DNA of 48,457 nt from Thiobacillus sp. (GTDB lineage: Bacteria > Pseudomonadota > Gammaproteobacteria > Burkholderiales > Thiobacillaceae), in NCBI GenBank assembly GCA_051305915.1, contig JBPPMF010000291.1, positions 1-48,457 on the forward strand. Reading direction: 5' to 3'. The notes under the pieces were generated by a model that searched no databases, was not told the DNA's origin, and saw only the letters and a program-made list of their open reading frames with translations. Every line of letters starts with the position of its first letter. Positions within the stretch are counted from its first letter, which is position 1. Below, one piece after another: positions 18,099 to 28,439 of the stretch. Position numbers and translations under genes: made by a program.

Positions 18099-19618
18099 GG
18101 CGCAGTCCCCAGTACGGCATCGATGTACTGTTGCGGCGCCAGCAACTGCGCCGCGGTGGCGCTGGTGTAATCGGACAGCGGCCCCGCCCAGATCACCAGC
18201 CCCACGATCAGCAGCAGCAGCAGACCGGCGACAGGGGCTAGCGCGGCATAGGTCGGCGGCGTCAACGCGGCCGGGTGGTGCGCCGTATGGGTGCGGTAGA
18301 ACAGCAGGCTGCCGCTTCTCGCCAGTGCGATCACGCTCACCAGTCCGGTGACCAGCACCACGCCCCACACCCAAGGCAGCAGGGGCGAGTCGAGCGCGGC
18401 TTTCAGCAGCATGAACTTGCCGAGAAAGCCCGACAGCGGCGGCAATCCGGCGATGGCCACGGCGATGGCGAAAAACAGCCCACCCAGCACGCGCGCACCG
18501 GGCATTTCAGGGCCGGACTCGAAACGGTCGGCGAATTCACCGCGCGCCCGGCCGATTGAATCGGCCAGCAGAAATAGGGCCGCAGCAGCGAAAGTGGCGT
18601 GCGGCAGGTAATACAGACCGGCGGCGATGGCATCCGTGGTGCCGAGGCCAAAGGCCAACAGCAGGCTGCCGATCGAGGCCACCACCAGATAGGCCGCCTG
18701 CTGCCGCAGCGTCGTGCTGGCCACCACGCCCAGCATGCCGAGCGTCAGGGTGGCGAGCGCCAGCGGGGCGAGCCAGGGATCGAGCAGGTTGGCGACCGGC
18801 CCGGCGTCGTCGCCGAACATCAGCGTGTAGACGCGCAGGATGCTATAGGCGCCGACCTTGGTCATGATGGCGAACAGCGCCGCCACCGGCGCGCTGGTGT
18901 GGGCGTAGGCGGCGGGCAGCCACAGGTAAAGCGGCAGCAGCGCGGCCTTCAACGCGAACACGGCGAACAGCAACAGGCCGGCGGATTGCACCAGCGCCAG
19001 GTTTTCCGGCGGCGTGGCCGCGAGCTTCACTGCCAGGTCAGCCATGTTGAGCGTGCCGTTCACGCCATAGAGCGTGCCGACGGCGAACAGGAACAGCGTC
19101 GAGCCGGCCAGATTGATGACGACGAAATGCAGCCCCGCCTTCACCCGCTGGCGGCCGCCACCGTGCAGCAGCAGGCCGTAGGAGGCGAGCAGCAGGATCT
19201 CGAAAAAGACGAACAGGTTGAACAGGTCGCCGGTAAGGAAGGCGCCGTTGAGGCCGAACAGTTGCAACTGGAACAGTACGTGGAAGTGCCGGCCTGCGAC
19301 ATCGATACCGCGCATCGCGTAGAGCAGCGCAAACACCGCGAGTAGTGACGTCGTCAGCAGCATCCACGCCGCCAGCCGGTCGACCACCAGCACGATGCCA
19401 TAGGGCGCGACCCAGTTGCCGAGCTGGTAAACCAGCTGGGTGCCGTCGCTGGCCGTCTGCACCAGTGCGATCGCCAGCGGAATCAGCGCGAGGGCGGCGA
19501 CGAGACTGACGCCACGCTGCACGGCCAGGCCGCGGTTGCGCAGTGCCAGCAGCACGATGCCGGCCAGCAGCGGCAATACCACCGGCAGGATGGGCAGATG
19601 ATCGAGTCCGTTCATCAA
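18095..19618 (-). CDS. mrpD: Mrp/Pha antiporter subunit D
   Basis: GDLFNLFVFFEILL, KAALLPLYLWLP, IMTKVG and GLPPLSGFLGK motifs. Confidence 0.95.
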   Translation of the reverse strand: MMNGLDHLPILPVVLPLLAGIVLLALRNRGLAVQRGVSLVAALALIPLAIALVQTASDGTQLVYQLGNWVAPYGIVLVVDRLAAWMLLTTSLLAVFALLYAMRGIDVAGRHFHVLFQLQLFGLNGAFLTGDLFNLFVFFEILLLASYGLLLHGGGRQRVKAGLHFVVINLAGSTLFLFAVGTLYGVNGTLNMADLAVKLAATPPENLALVQSAGLLLFAVFALKAALLPLYLWLPAAYAHTSAPVAALFAIMTKVGAYSILRVYTLMFGDDAGPVANLLDPWLAPLALATLTLGMLGVVASTTLRQQAAYLVVASIGSLLLAFGLGTTDAIAAGLYYLPHATFAAAALFLLADSIGRARGEFADRFESGPEMPGARVLGGLFFAIAVAIAGLPPLSGFLGKFMLLKAALDSPLLPWVWGVVLVTGLVSVIALARSGSLLFYRTHTAHHPAALTPPTYAALAPVAGLLLLLIVGLVIWAGPLSDYTSATAAQLLAPQQYIDAVLGTAP

Positions 19619-19956
19619 TGCTTTTCCTCACGAGGGTGGCGGCCGTCGACATGGTCGTTGCCCAGTTCGGCGCGCGCCTTCAGCGCCAGCACGATGACGA
19701 AGGCGGTCATGCCGAAACTGATGACGATGGCGGTGAGCACCAGCGCCTGCGGCAGCGGATCGGTGTAGCCATAGGCCGCCTCGCTGATCACCGGTGGCAC
19801 GCCGATAGCGAGCCGGCCCATGACGAACAGGAACAGGTTGACCGCGTAGGACATCAGGGTGAGTCCGAGCACCACCGGAAAGGTCTGGCCGCGCAGCGCG
19901 AGAAATACGCCGCCCGCGGTGAGCACGCCGATGACGAGGGCAATCAGGGCTTCCAT
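19615..19956 (-). CDS. mrpC: Mrp/Pha antiporter subunit C
   Basis: SYAVNLFLF and TDPLPQALVLTAIVISF motifs. Confidence 0.95.
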   Translation of the reverse strand: MEALIALVIGVLTAGGVFLALRGQTFPVVLGLTLMSYAVNLFLFVMGRLAIGVPPVISEAAYGYTDPLPQALVLTAIVISFGMTAFVIVLALKARAELGNDHVDGRHPREEKH

Positions 19957-22754
19957 CAGTGGGCGCGCCCTTTTTTGGGCGGCGCGTGATGCAGGCTGCC
20001 GAGATTGACCAGGATCGTCAGCGTGGCGCCGACGACGACGAGGAAGACGCCGAGGTCGAACGCCATGGCGGACGCGAGTTCAAATTCGCCGATGACCGGC
20101 CAGTGCAAATGGCTGAAGGTCGAGGTGAGGAAGGGGTAGCCGAACAGCCAGCTTGCCAGTCCGGTGAAGGTGGCAATCGCCAGCCCCCAGGCGATCAGCG
20201 GATGACTGTCGGATGCCATGCGCTGGTGTGTCCACGTCGCGCCATTGGCGAGGTACTGCACGATCAGTGCCACCGCCGTGACCAGTCCGGCGATGAAGCC
20301 GCCGCCCGGCTGGTTGTGGCCGCGCAGCAGAATGAACACCGCGACCAGCAGCGCCAGCGGCAGCAGGATGCGTGTCAACGTGGCCATGATCGCCGGGTGG
20401 GCGTCGGCGTCCCATAGCCTGCCGGCGTCGTCGCGGCTCGGCGCGCTCAGCGACAGGCTTTGCAGCATCGCCACGATGCCGAGTCCGGCCAGCGCCAGCA
20501 CGGTAATTTCGCCCAGCGTGTCATAGCCGCGGAAGTCGACCAGGATCACGTTCACCACGTTGCTGCCGCCGCCGCCCGGCACGCTGTTGGCCAGGAAGTA
20601 ACCGGCGATGGTGTCGTAGGGCCGGGTCAGCACCGCCCATGCCAGCGCGGCGGTCCCCGCGCCCGCCAGCACGGCGATCACGCCGTCGCGCCAGACACGC
20701 GTGCGGTCCTGTTCCGGCGCAGCATGCTGCGGCAGGAAGTAGAGCGCCAACAGCAGCAAAACAATGGTGACGATCTCGACCGACAGCTGGGTCAGCGCGA
20801 GGTCGGGCGCGGAAAACTTGACGAAGGCGAGCGACACCACCAGCCCCACCACGCCGATGGTGATCACCGCGACAAAGCGCTGGCGGTGCAGCCACACGGT
20901 GGCGAGGGTGGCGACGATCAACGCGCCGGCGGCGGTGAGGCTGACGGCGTCGAGCGGCAGCCCTTCACGGTCGCCGGTCAGCGGCGTGGCGCCGGTGAAC
21001 CACGGCGCGATACCCAGCGCCAGTGCGCCTGCCAGCAGGAACAACACCTGGCGTTGTAGCGAGCCGGTGTCAATCAGACGGGTGATTGAGCGCGCCAGCG
21101 CGAACAGCCCGTTCTGTAAAGCGTTGAAGACGATGCGTGCGTCGAGTCGGCCAAGGCCGCGCTCGTTCCAGGCGAACAGCGGCTGGCGCGCCAGATAAAT
21201 CAGCGTGCCGCCGGCCAGCGCGACCAGGCTCATGAGCAGCGCCGGGTTGATGCCATGCCACAGCGCCAGATGGTATTCCGGCAGCGGCGCCTGCAGCGTG
21301 CCTTCGGCGGCCACCGCCAGTAGCGGCGCGACGGTCAGCGCGGGCGCGATGCCCACCACCAGGCACAGCACCACCAGGATTTCCACCGGCACCTTCATCC
21401 AGCGTGGCGGTTCGTGCGGGGTGCGCGGCAGGTCCACCGGCTCGCCGTTGAAGAACACGTCGTGGATGAAGCGGATCGAATAGGCCACCGCGAAGGCGCC
21501 GGCCAAGGTGACCAGCGCCGGAAACAGCCAACCGCCGATATGGCCTTCGGCAATATGCACCGCCTCGGCGAAGAACATTTCCTTCGACAGGAAGCCGTTC
21601 ATCAGCGGCACCCCAGCCATCGCTGCGGCGGCCACCATCGCCAGCGTCGCGGTGTAGGGCATGTATTTCCACAGGCCGTTCAGCCGCCGCATGTCGCGGG
21701 TGCCGGCCTCGTGGTCGATGATGCCGGCCGCCATGAAGAGCGATGCCTTGAAGGTGGCGTGGTTGATGATGTGGAACACCCCGGCTACCGCGGCAAGCGG
21801 GGTCGATAGGCCAAATAGCAATGTAATCAGGCCGAGATGGCTGATGGTCGAATAGGCTAGCAGCCCCTTCAGGTCATGCTTGAACAATGCGACGTAGGCA
21901 CCGAGCAAGAGCGTGGCGAGCCCCGCGCCGGACACTAGCCAGAACCATTCCGGCGTGCCCGACAGCACGGGCCACAGGCGCGCCAGCAGAAACACGCCGG
22001 CCTTCACCATGGTCGCCGAATGCAGGTAGGCCGACACCGGGGTGGGCGCGGCCATCGCGTGCGGCAGCCAGAAATGGAAGGGGAACTACGCCGACTTGGT
22101 GAACACGCCGAGCAGGATCAGCAGCAGCGTCGGCACGTACAGCGGATGTTCGCGGATGAGGTCGCCGGAGGCGAAGACGTCGGACAACTCGTAGCTGCCG
22201 ACGATGTGGCCCAGGAGCAGAAAGCCGCCCAGCATGGCGAAGCCGCCGAGGCCGGTGACCGCCAGCGCCATGCGTGCGCCGTGGCGGGCTTCTTCGCGGT
22301 GCTGCCAGTAGCTGATCAGGAGGAAGGACGACAGGCTGGTCAGCTCCCAGAAGATCAAGAGCTGGATCAGGTTTTCCGACAGCACGATGCCGAGCATCGA
22401 GCCCATGAACAGCATCAAATAGCTGTAGAAGCGGCCCATGCTGTCGCGCTCCGACAGGTAGTAGCGCGCATACAGCACGATCAGCAGGCCGATGCCGAGG
22501 ATCAGCCCGGCGAACAGCAGCGCCAGGCCGTCGAGGCGGAAGGCAAGGTTGAGCCCCAGCGCCGGTATCCAATCCTGTTGCTGGATCAGCGTCAGGCCGT
22601 CGAAGGGCAGATGCGCGGACGGCGCCAGCCACAGCATGGCGGCTAGCGTGACCGCGCCCGCCGCCCAGGCCGAATGCGAGCGTCCGAGGCGGGACGCCAG
22701 CGCAACCAGGAGCGCGCCCACAAAAGGGGTCAAAACCGCGAAGAAAAGCGTCAT
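19956..22754 (-). pseudogene. mrpA: Fused MrpA-MrpB (PhaAB) subunit interrupted by one in-frame TAG at 22086-22088 (nonsense allele or sequencing error)
   Basis: ORFs 22086-22754 and 19956-22055 share a frame. The junction reads [34 protein letters not shown], where the family has Q (CAG) at the stop. MrpB motifs DFRGYDT and HNQPGGGF are in the C-terminus; about 932 aa if read through. Confidence 0.88.
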
Positions 22755-22980
22755 GGAGGGAATCGGAAGACGACAGCATTGAGACCGGAAGACGCGGCCA
22801 TTCTAACGTGACTTGGTGATGTGCTGAACCAGGGGCTTGCGTGGACGGCGTGTTCGGTCCATTCTTTTCGGCCGCGGCGAGAACTTGCTGCGACACAAGC
22901 GTTCCAATTCCCGTTGGCCGTTCAGGTCGGCAACAATCACGTAAACATTTCGTTTGCCTTACCTATCGAAGGAGCTGTCC

Positions 22981-23367
22981 ATGATGACCATTCGCCACAC
23001 CACCCTAATACTTGGCCTCGCCGCCGCGCTCGCATTGCCCACCCTCGCCAGCGCCCAGGAAGCCACACCCGAAACAAGCGTTGCGCCCGCGGAAGTGACT
23101 GCGCCGGCAATCATGCCCGGAATGGGAATGGGGCCAGGCATGGGAATGCGGCATGGCGCCATGCATGGTGAAGGCTGCCGCATGCAACAGGGCGCGAAGA
23201 TGGGCGACGGCAAGAAGTGCATGCAGGGCAAACACAAGAACTGCCGGATGGGCGACGGCGCAGGCATGGCCGACCAGCGTCTTGACATGCTGGAAAAGCG
23301 CATGGACATGATGCAAATGATGCTTCAAATGATGATGAAGCAGCAGGCTCCCGCAGGCAGCCAGTAA
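22981..23367 (+). CDS. Small exported Met/Gly/His-rich protein of unknown function (possibly metal-binding)
   Basis: GGAG RBS; signal peptide ending LASA; 22 Met in 128 aa; C-terminal RLDMLEKRMDMMQMMLQMMM helix; followed by a terminator. Confidence 0.8.
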   Translation: MMTIRHTTLILGLAAALALPTLASAQEATPETSVAPAEVTAPAIMPGMGMGPGMGMRHGAMHGEGCRMQQGAKMGDGKKCMQGKHKNCRMGDGAGMADQRLDMLEKRMDMMQMMLQMMMKQQAPAGSQ

Positions 23368-23389
23368 TCCGTCTCGCCACACAGCGAGC

Positions 23390-23421
23390 AAAGCCAGCCG
23401 GGTCTGCCGACTGGCTTTTTT
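23390..23421 (+). terminator. Intrinsic terminator
   Basis: AAGCCAGCCGG-GTCTG-CCGACTGGCTT followed by TTTT; one mismatch in the stem. Confidence 0.7.
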
Positions 23422-23865
23422 GCGCGCACACGTGGCGATTCCGTCCCGATTATTGCGTTTGGCGCCGTCGCCCATCGCACCGCGAGGTCGCTAAACGCTA
23501 GTATTTGCATCATTATCTCCCGCGCTGCCCAGACTGCCGCGGTGGGGCCTATGTTGAAATCAGTACCCAGGTAACCCACACCGCCACATCGTCGCTCCTC
23601 GCTGGACTGATCAAACCACCCCACATGCCCGGCCGGACTTGCATGACAAATTAGTATTGTGCAAATATAAAAAAGGCACTTCGCCTGCAATTTAGTCTCC
23701 GCTGAGTTGATCCGGGTGAGTGCGCATTTTCTTTCGCCTGATGAGCCGACACGACACTGATTTTCAAGCTGGATTACGCGCTCTGAAACCGGCCGCCACA
23801 CAGCTGATGAATGCCCTACATGTCGGTTGTGGCTGGCGTGCAAACTATTTTTTGGAGTTGCCATC

Positions 23866-24852
23866 ATGAATCCACCACGTGGAGCGCCTGTGATGCGTTC
23901 GTCTGACAGGGGTTTCCGTTCGACAGGTCAAACGGTGATTGCCTTTGGCGAAACCCTGGCCGACCAGTTTCGCGACCGCAATGTGCTGGGGGGCGCACCC
24001 TTTAACGTTGCGTGCCATCTTGGCGCGTTGGGGGCGCACCCGGTGCTGGTGACGCGGACCGGCAAGGACCGCTTGGGTGGACAACTGCGGCAGACGATGA
24101 GCGAGCGTGGACTGGACCAGCGTGGCGTACAGAGCGATCCCGCGCGGCCGACCGGCCGGGTCAGGGTGACCGAGACCGCTGCTGGGCGTGCGTTCGACAT
24201 CCTGGCCGACCAGGCCTACGACCATATTCATGCCAGTCTGGCGCGCATGGTGGGCCTGTCGGTGCATCCATCGCTGGTGTATTTCGGCACCCTGTCGCAG
24301 CGCGGCGAGTCGCGCCGCGCATTGCGCGAACTGCTCGGTGCGGTCGATGCGCGGGTTTTTCTGGACGTGAATCTGTGCGATCCCTGGGTGGATCCCGACA
24401 CGCTGCGTTGTTCGTTGCGGCAGGCCAGCGTGGTCAAACTCAATGAGGATGAATTGGACCGTATCAGCGCGCTGAATGCGCTGGACGGGGCTACCCCGCA
24501 AGCCCGTGCCGGTGTGCTGGTGTCCCGCTTCGGTCTGGAGCGCTTGGTGGTGACCCAAGGCGAGGCGGGTGCCTGGACGCTCGATGCGGCAGGCCGCATC
24601 GACTCGGTTTGCGGACATCCGCTGCCGCATGTCGTCGACCCTGCGGGAGCGGGCGATGGTTTTGCTGCCGTGCTGATGCTCGGGATGTTGCGTGCCTGGC
24701 CGCTGGCCGACACGCTGGGACGCGCCGACAGCTTTGCCCGCGCGCTGTGCCTGATCCGCGGTGCAGTACCGGCCACGCTGGATTTCTACGATCCCTTCAT
24801 CAAGGACTGGCAACTTGAGACAATGGGCGCGCGCGCGGTGAGCGGGCACTGA
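23866..24852 (+). CDS. PfkB family carbohydrate kinase (fructokinase-like)
   Basis: FGETLAD, GGAPFNVA, LDVNL, VKLNEDEL and DPAGAGDGF motifs; start at 23866 or 23893. Confidence 0.88.
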   Translation: MNPPRGAPVMRSSDRGFRSTGQTVIAFGETLADQFRDRNVLGGAPFNVACHLGALGAHPVLVTRTGKDRLGGQLRQTMSERGLDQRGVQSDPARPTGRVRVTETAAGRAFDILADQAYDHIHASLARMVGLSVHPSLVYFGTLSQRGESRRALRELLGAVDARVFLDVNLCDPWVDPDTLRCSLRQASVVKLNEDELDRISALNALDGATPQARAGVLVSRFGLERLVVTQGEAGAWTLDAAGRIDSVCGHPLPHVVDPAGAGDGFAAVLMLGMLRAWPLADTLGRADSFARALCLIRGAVPATLDFYDPFIKDWQLETMGARAVSGH

Positions 24853-24863
24853 AAGGAAAAACC

Positions 24864-25784
24864 TTGGACTATTTGAATTCCCTGCAAGCCTATATCGGCG
24901 ACTGGCAGGTTCTGGCCGTGACCACGCTGCACGTCGTTATCATTCTGGGCCTGGCCTGGCTGGCATTGCGGCTGTCACGCAAGGCACTAACACGGCTGCG
25001 GCTACACATGCAGAATGATCTCGGCGACCTTGAACGGATCAAGCGCCTGGACACGCTGGAACGCGTGTTCCGCTATGTCGTCACGGTGATCATCCTGCTG
25101 GTCGGCGGCATGCTGGTGCTGTCCGAGGTCGGCATTTCCATCGCGCCCATCCTCGCCACCGCCGGGGTGCTCGGCATCGCCGTCGGCTTCGGTGCGCAAA
25201 GCCTGATCAAGGATTACTTCAACGGTTTCTTCCTGCTGCTGGAAGATCAGGTGCGCCAGGGCGACGTGGTGGAGGTAGCCGGCAAGAGCGGCCTGGTCGA
25301 GGAGATGACGCTACGCTACATCCGCCTGCGCGACTACGAGGGCAGCGTGCATTACATCCCCAACGGCATCATCGACAGCGTCACCAACCGCAGCCGCGGC
25401 TTCGCCTTCGCGCTGCTCGACATCGGTGTGGCCTACCGCGAGGACATCGACGAGGTGTATGCAGTGATGCGCGAGGTGGCCGCCGGCATGCGCGCCGCCC
25501 CCGAACTGGGCGACAAGATCGTGGAGGACCTCGAAATCGCCGGCGTCGACAGCTGGGCGGATTCGTCCGTGGTCATCCGCTGCCGCTTCAAGGTCAGGCC
25601 GCTCGAGCAGTGGACGATCCGGCGCGCCTTTCTGTATCGCCTGAAGAAAGCCTTCGACGCAGCCGGCATCGAGATTCCCTATCCGCATCTCACGCTCTAC
25701 GCCGGCGAGGACAAGGACGGCAGCGCGCCGCCACTGCGCGTGTTGCAGCAGCAGCCGGCCTTGCCGGCGCAAGCCAAGTCCTGA
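24864..25784 (+). CDS. MscS family small-conductance mechanosensitive channel
   Basis: AGVLGIAVGFGAQSLIKDYFNG, GDVVEV..G.VE, YIPNG and GIEIPYP motifs; TTG start after AAGGAA. Confidence 0.93.
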   Translation: MDYLNSLQAYIGDWQVLAVTTLHVVIILGLAWLALRLSRKALTRLRLHMQNDLGDLERIKRLDTLERVFRYVVTVIILLVGGMLVLSEVGISIAPILATAGVLGIAVGFGAQSLIKDYFNGFFLLLEDQVRQGDVVEVAGKSGLVEEMTLRYIRLRDYEGSVHYIPNGIIDSVTNRSRGFAFALLDIGVAYREDIDEVYAVMREVAAGMRAAPELGDKIVEDLEIAGVDSWADSSVVIRCRFKVRPLEQWTIRRAFLYRLKKAFDAAGIEIPYPHLTLYAGEDKDGSAPPLRVLQQQPALPAQAKS

Positions 25785-25854
25785 ACAGATCGGGGCAAGA
25801 TGACGGGTGTCGTCTGGCACCTGCCTGGCCAGACTGGACCGCGCACCCGGGCGC

Positions 25855-26649
25855 TTACCAAAACAAAATCAGCAGTACCGCGCCCAGCAGCAGGCGGTAG
25901 ATCACATAGGGCAGCATGCCGGTGCGTTCCAGCAGGCGGATGAAGAAGTGGATACACAGGTAGGCGCTGATGGCGGCGAGCGCAGAACCGAGCAGGAGCA
26001 CGCCCCAGTCGACCGGCTCGGCGCTTTCCAGCAGATCACGGGTGACCAGCACGCCGGACGCCAGCAGGGTGGGGATCGACAGCAGGAAGGAAAAACGGGC
26101 GGCGGCTTCGCGCTTGAGCCCCAGCAGTAGCGCGGCGGTGATGGTGATGCCGGCGCGCGAGGTGCCCGGAATCAGGGCGATCGCCTGCGCCAGCCCCACC
26201 AACAAGGCATCGCGCCAGCTTACCGAATACTCGTCGCGGCTTTTGCTGCCGCTGAAATCGGCCCACCACAGCAGCAGACCAAAGGTGATCGTCGTGGTGG
26301 CGATGACCAGCGGGCCGCGCAGGGGGCCCTCGACCAGGTCCTTGAACAGCAGGCCGGCGACCACCACCGGCAAGGTGGCCAGCACCACCGCCCAGGCGAG
26401 TTTGGCATCGGGTGTCCAGCGGCCGGCCAGCAAACCCGCGCCGGCGACAGCCATGTGCGCCAGTTGGACGCGGAAATACAGGATGACCGCCAGCAACGTA
26501 CCCGCATGCACCGCCACGTCGAACGCCAGTCCCTGATCCTCCCAGCCGAACAGCACCGGCACCAGAATCAGGTGGGCGGAACTGGAAATCGGCAGGAATT
26601 CGGTGATGCCCTGCACCAGGGCGAGAATCAGGGTCTGGAAGAAATCCAT
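25855..26649 (-). CDS. uppP: Undecaprenyl-diphosphate phosphatase (BacA/UppP)
   Basis: VQGITEFLPISSSAH, QAIALIPGTSRAGIT and AARFSFLLSIP motifs. Confidence 0.95.
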   Translation of the reverse strand: MDFFQTLILALVQGITEFLPISSSAHLILVPVLFGWEDQGLAFDVAVHAGTLLAVILYFRVQLAHMAVAGAGLLAGRWTPDAKLAWAVVLATLPVVVAGLLFKDLVEGPLRGPLVIATTTITFGLLLWWADFSGSKSRDEYSVSWRDALLVGLAQAIALIPGTSRAGITITAALLLGLKREAAARFSFLLSIPTLLASGVLVTRDLLESAEPVDWGVLLLGSALAAISAYLCIHFFIRLLERTGMLPYVIYRLLLGAVLLILFW

Positions 26650-26745
26650 GGCACGCTTTGAAGGTTTGGGTGCGGCGGATTATATGCCGAGCTTGGCGCG
26701 CCGCCGGGATGCGCGCCATCGAACCGGGCGATCTGGCTGGATCGC

Positions 26746-28428
26746 TTACCCGCCCACCAGCAGCACGATCATGGCTGCCAGCAGGATCAGCCACAGTGCG
26801 CCCGCGACGCCCCGTACGAGCAGTTGCGATTCCAGTTGCGATGAGCGCTTCATAGCCGTCGAGCGCGCACCGCCCGGCAGCGAGATCCGCCATGGCGGCA
26901 ACGCCCCCGTCGCGTGCCGCCTGAGATCAGCCAGCCCCCGCAGCAGCGGTACCAGCACGTCTCCCGGTGGCAGCTTTGGCGCGCGCCAGCGCAGGCGCAA
27001 CGCGGCAAACCCGAGCGCGACCGCGACCACCGGCGGCCAGGCCGCGTCCAGCAAGGTGCCGGGACTCAGCGCCTGCGGTGGCTGGGGCAGCATTGCCCAG
27101 ACCAGTCCGGCCGATGCCAGCACCAGTAGCAGCCAGGGGATATCGAATCTGCTTGCGGCGGCTGAGCCGGCGGGCGGCGCGGTCGCCGCGTATTGGTCCC
27201 GGATCAGCCACAGCAGGCGGACCATCAGCAGGGCCGTGCCGAGCGCGGCCAGTGGCAGCAGGCCGGCCAGCAAATCCGGCCAGGGCGCAGCCAGGTTCGC
27301 CAGCGCGATCTTCAATTGGATTTTCGCCAGCATGCCGCTGCTTAGCGGCGCACCGGCCAGCGCCAGCGCCGGCAGCGCGAGTATGGCCAGATCGGTGGAA
27401 TGGGCGCCCCGCACACGAATCAGACCCGCGCCGAGAAACAGCGCGCTTTTCGCCAGCGCGTGATGCAGCGCGTACAGCCCCACCGCCGGCAGCAGCAGCG
27501 GCCATAAGGCCGGCGCTGCCAAGCCGGCGCCGACGCCCAGCGTCATGAATCCCATCTGGCTGACGCTGGAATAGGCCAGCAGCACCTTGGGCTCTCGCTG
27601 CGCGAGGCCGGCGCTGACGCCGAGGAACATTGCCGCCAGTCCGGCGACCATGAGCACCGTGCCGGCTTCCGGCAGGGCGTGCGCGCCCAGCGGCAGAAAG
27701 CGCAGCCAGCCGAGCAGGCCGGCTTTCAGCATCACCCCCGACAGCACCGTGCTGGCCGGCACCGGCGCCACCGGGTGTGCCAGCGGCAGCCACATGTGCA
27801 GCAGCGGCACGCCGACCTTGATGCCGAAACCGGCGATCAGCAGCGACGCGGCCGGGCCGGACAGCGGCGCTGTGGCGAGATCGACGAGGCGGTGCGAATC
27901 CGCCGCGCCGACGGCCAGCAGCATGCCCGCCACCAGCAGCGCTTCGCCTAGCACCGCCATCGCCAGATACACCCGGCCCGCCCACAACGCCTCGACGGTG
28001 CCGCTGTGCACAACGAGGCCGTAGGCGGCGAAGCTCATCAGGGCGAACATCAGATAGAAACTAGCCGCGTCCAGGGCGAGGCACACCCCGATATTGCCCG
28101 CCTGGGTGGCGAGGAAAAAGGCCCAAAAACGGTGTTTGCCGGCGTCATCGCGCAGCCAGCCGTGCGCGAACCCGCCGGCCAGCAGCCACACCAGTGCGGT
28201 GAACATCAGGAACAGCCGGCCGGTGTCGTCGAGGCCGAAGGTGGCGCCAAGCAGCAGGCCGGGCAGATCGAGATGCGGATCGGCCGGTGCCGTGAGCGCC
28301 AGTATCAGCCCCGGCAGTGGCGCCCACGGCGCCAGGCGCAAGCCCATCGCGCGGCTGGCGGGAAACAGCACCAGCGGCACGATCAGCAGCGGCAGCAGGA
28401 TGGGAAGGAGGAGGCTGGCCGCGCCCAT
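26746..28428 (-). CDS. MrpA/D (NuoL/M/N-like) antiporter-like subunit, copy 4
   Basis: GFGIKVGVPLLHMWLPLAHPVAP, MLKAG, LAYSSVSQMG and HHALAKSALF motifs. True start ATG 28428, just after the previous stop. Confidence 0.88.
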   Translation of the reverse strand: MGAASLLLPILLPLLIVPLVLFPASRAMGLRLAPWAPLPGLILALTAPADPHLDLPGLLLGATFGLDDTGRLFLMFTALVWLLAGGFAHGWLRDDAGKHRFWAFFLATQAGNIGVCLALDAASFYLMFALMSFAAYGLVVHSGTVEALWAGRVYLAMAVLGEALLVAGMLLAVGAADSHRLVDLATAPLSGPAASLLIAGFGIKVGVPLLHMWLPLAHPVAPVPASTVLSGVMLKAGLLGWLRFLPLGAHALPEAGTVLMVAGLAAMFLGVSAGLAQREPKVLLAYSSVSQMGFMTLGVGAGLAAPALWPLLLPAVGLYALHHALAKSALFLGAGLIRVRGAHSTDLAILALPALALAGAPLSSGMLAKIQLKIALANLAAPWPDLLAGLLPLAALGTALLMVRLLWLIRDQYAATAPPAGSAAASRFDIPWLLLVLASAGLVWAMLPQPPQALSPGTLLDAAWPPVVAVALGFAALRLRWRAPKLPPGDVLVPLLRGLADLRRHATGALPPWRISLPGGARSTAMKRSSQLESQLLVRGVAGALWLILLAAMIVLLVGG

Positions 28429-28439
28429 GTCCGAATCGG

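Noticed and set aside
17332-18374. Long N-terminal extensions of mrpF and mrpE in the ORF track (likewise for the small subunits at 33648-35553)
   Set aside because: They overlap upstream genes; internal ATGs, mostly with ATGA overlaps, give normal subunit sizes.
22086-22088. Programmed recoding (pyrrolysine or alternative genetic code) of the mrpA TAG
   Set aside because: The position is a conserved Gln, TAG is a normal stop elsewhere (hemW, folE-like), and no pyl genes or suppressor tRNA are in the window.
23735-23820. Hammerhead ribozyme (CTGATGA...GAAA) or fluoride riboswitch (GCTGATGA-TGCC-TAC-like 3' end)
   Set aside because: No convincing stems I-III around the hammerhead core, and the 5' GGNGATGG half of the fluoride aptamer is absent.
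23845-24849. 334-aa ORF antisense to pfkB, and similar long shadow ORFs such as 40574-42430 and 42121-43560
   Set aside because: No recognisable motifs; long stop-free alternative frames are common in high-GC coding DNA.
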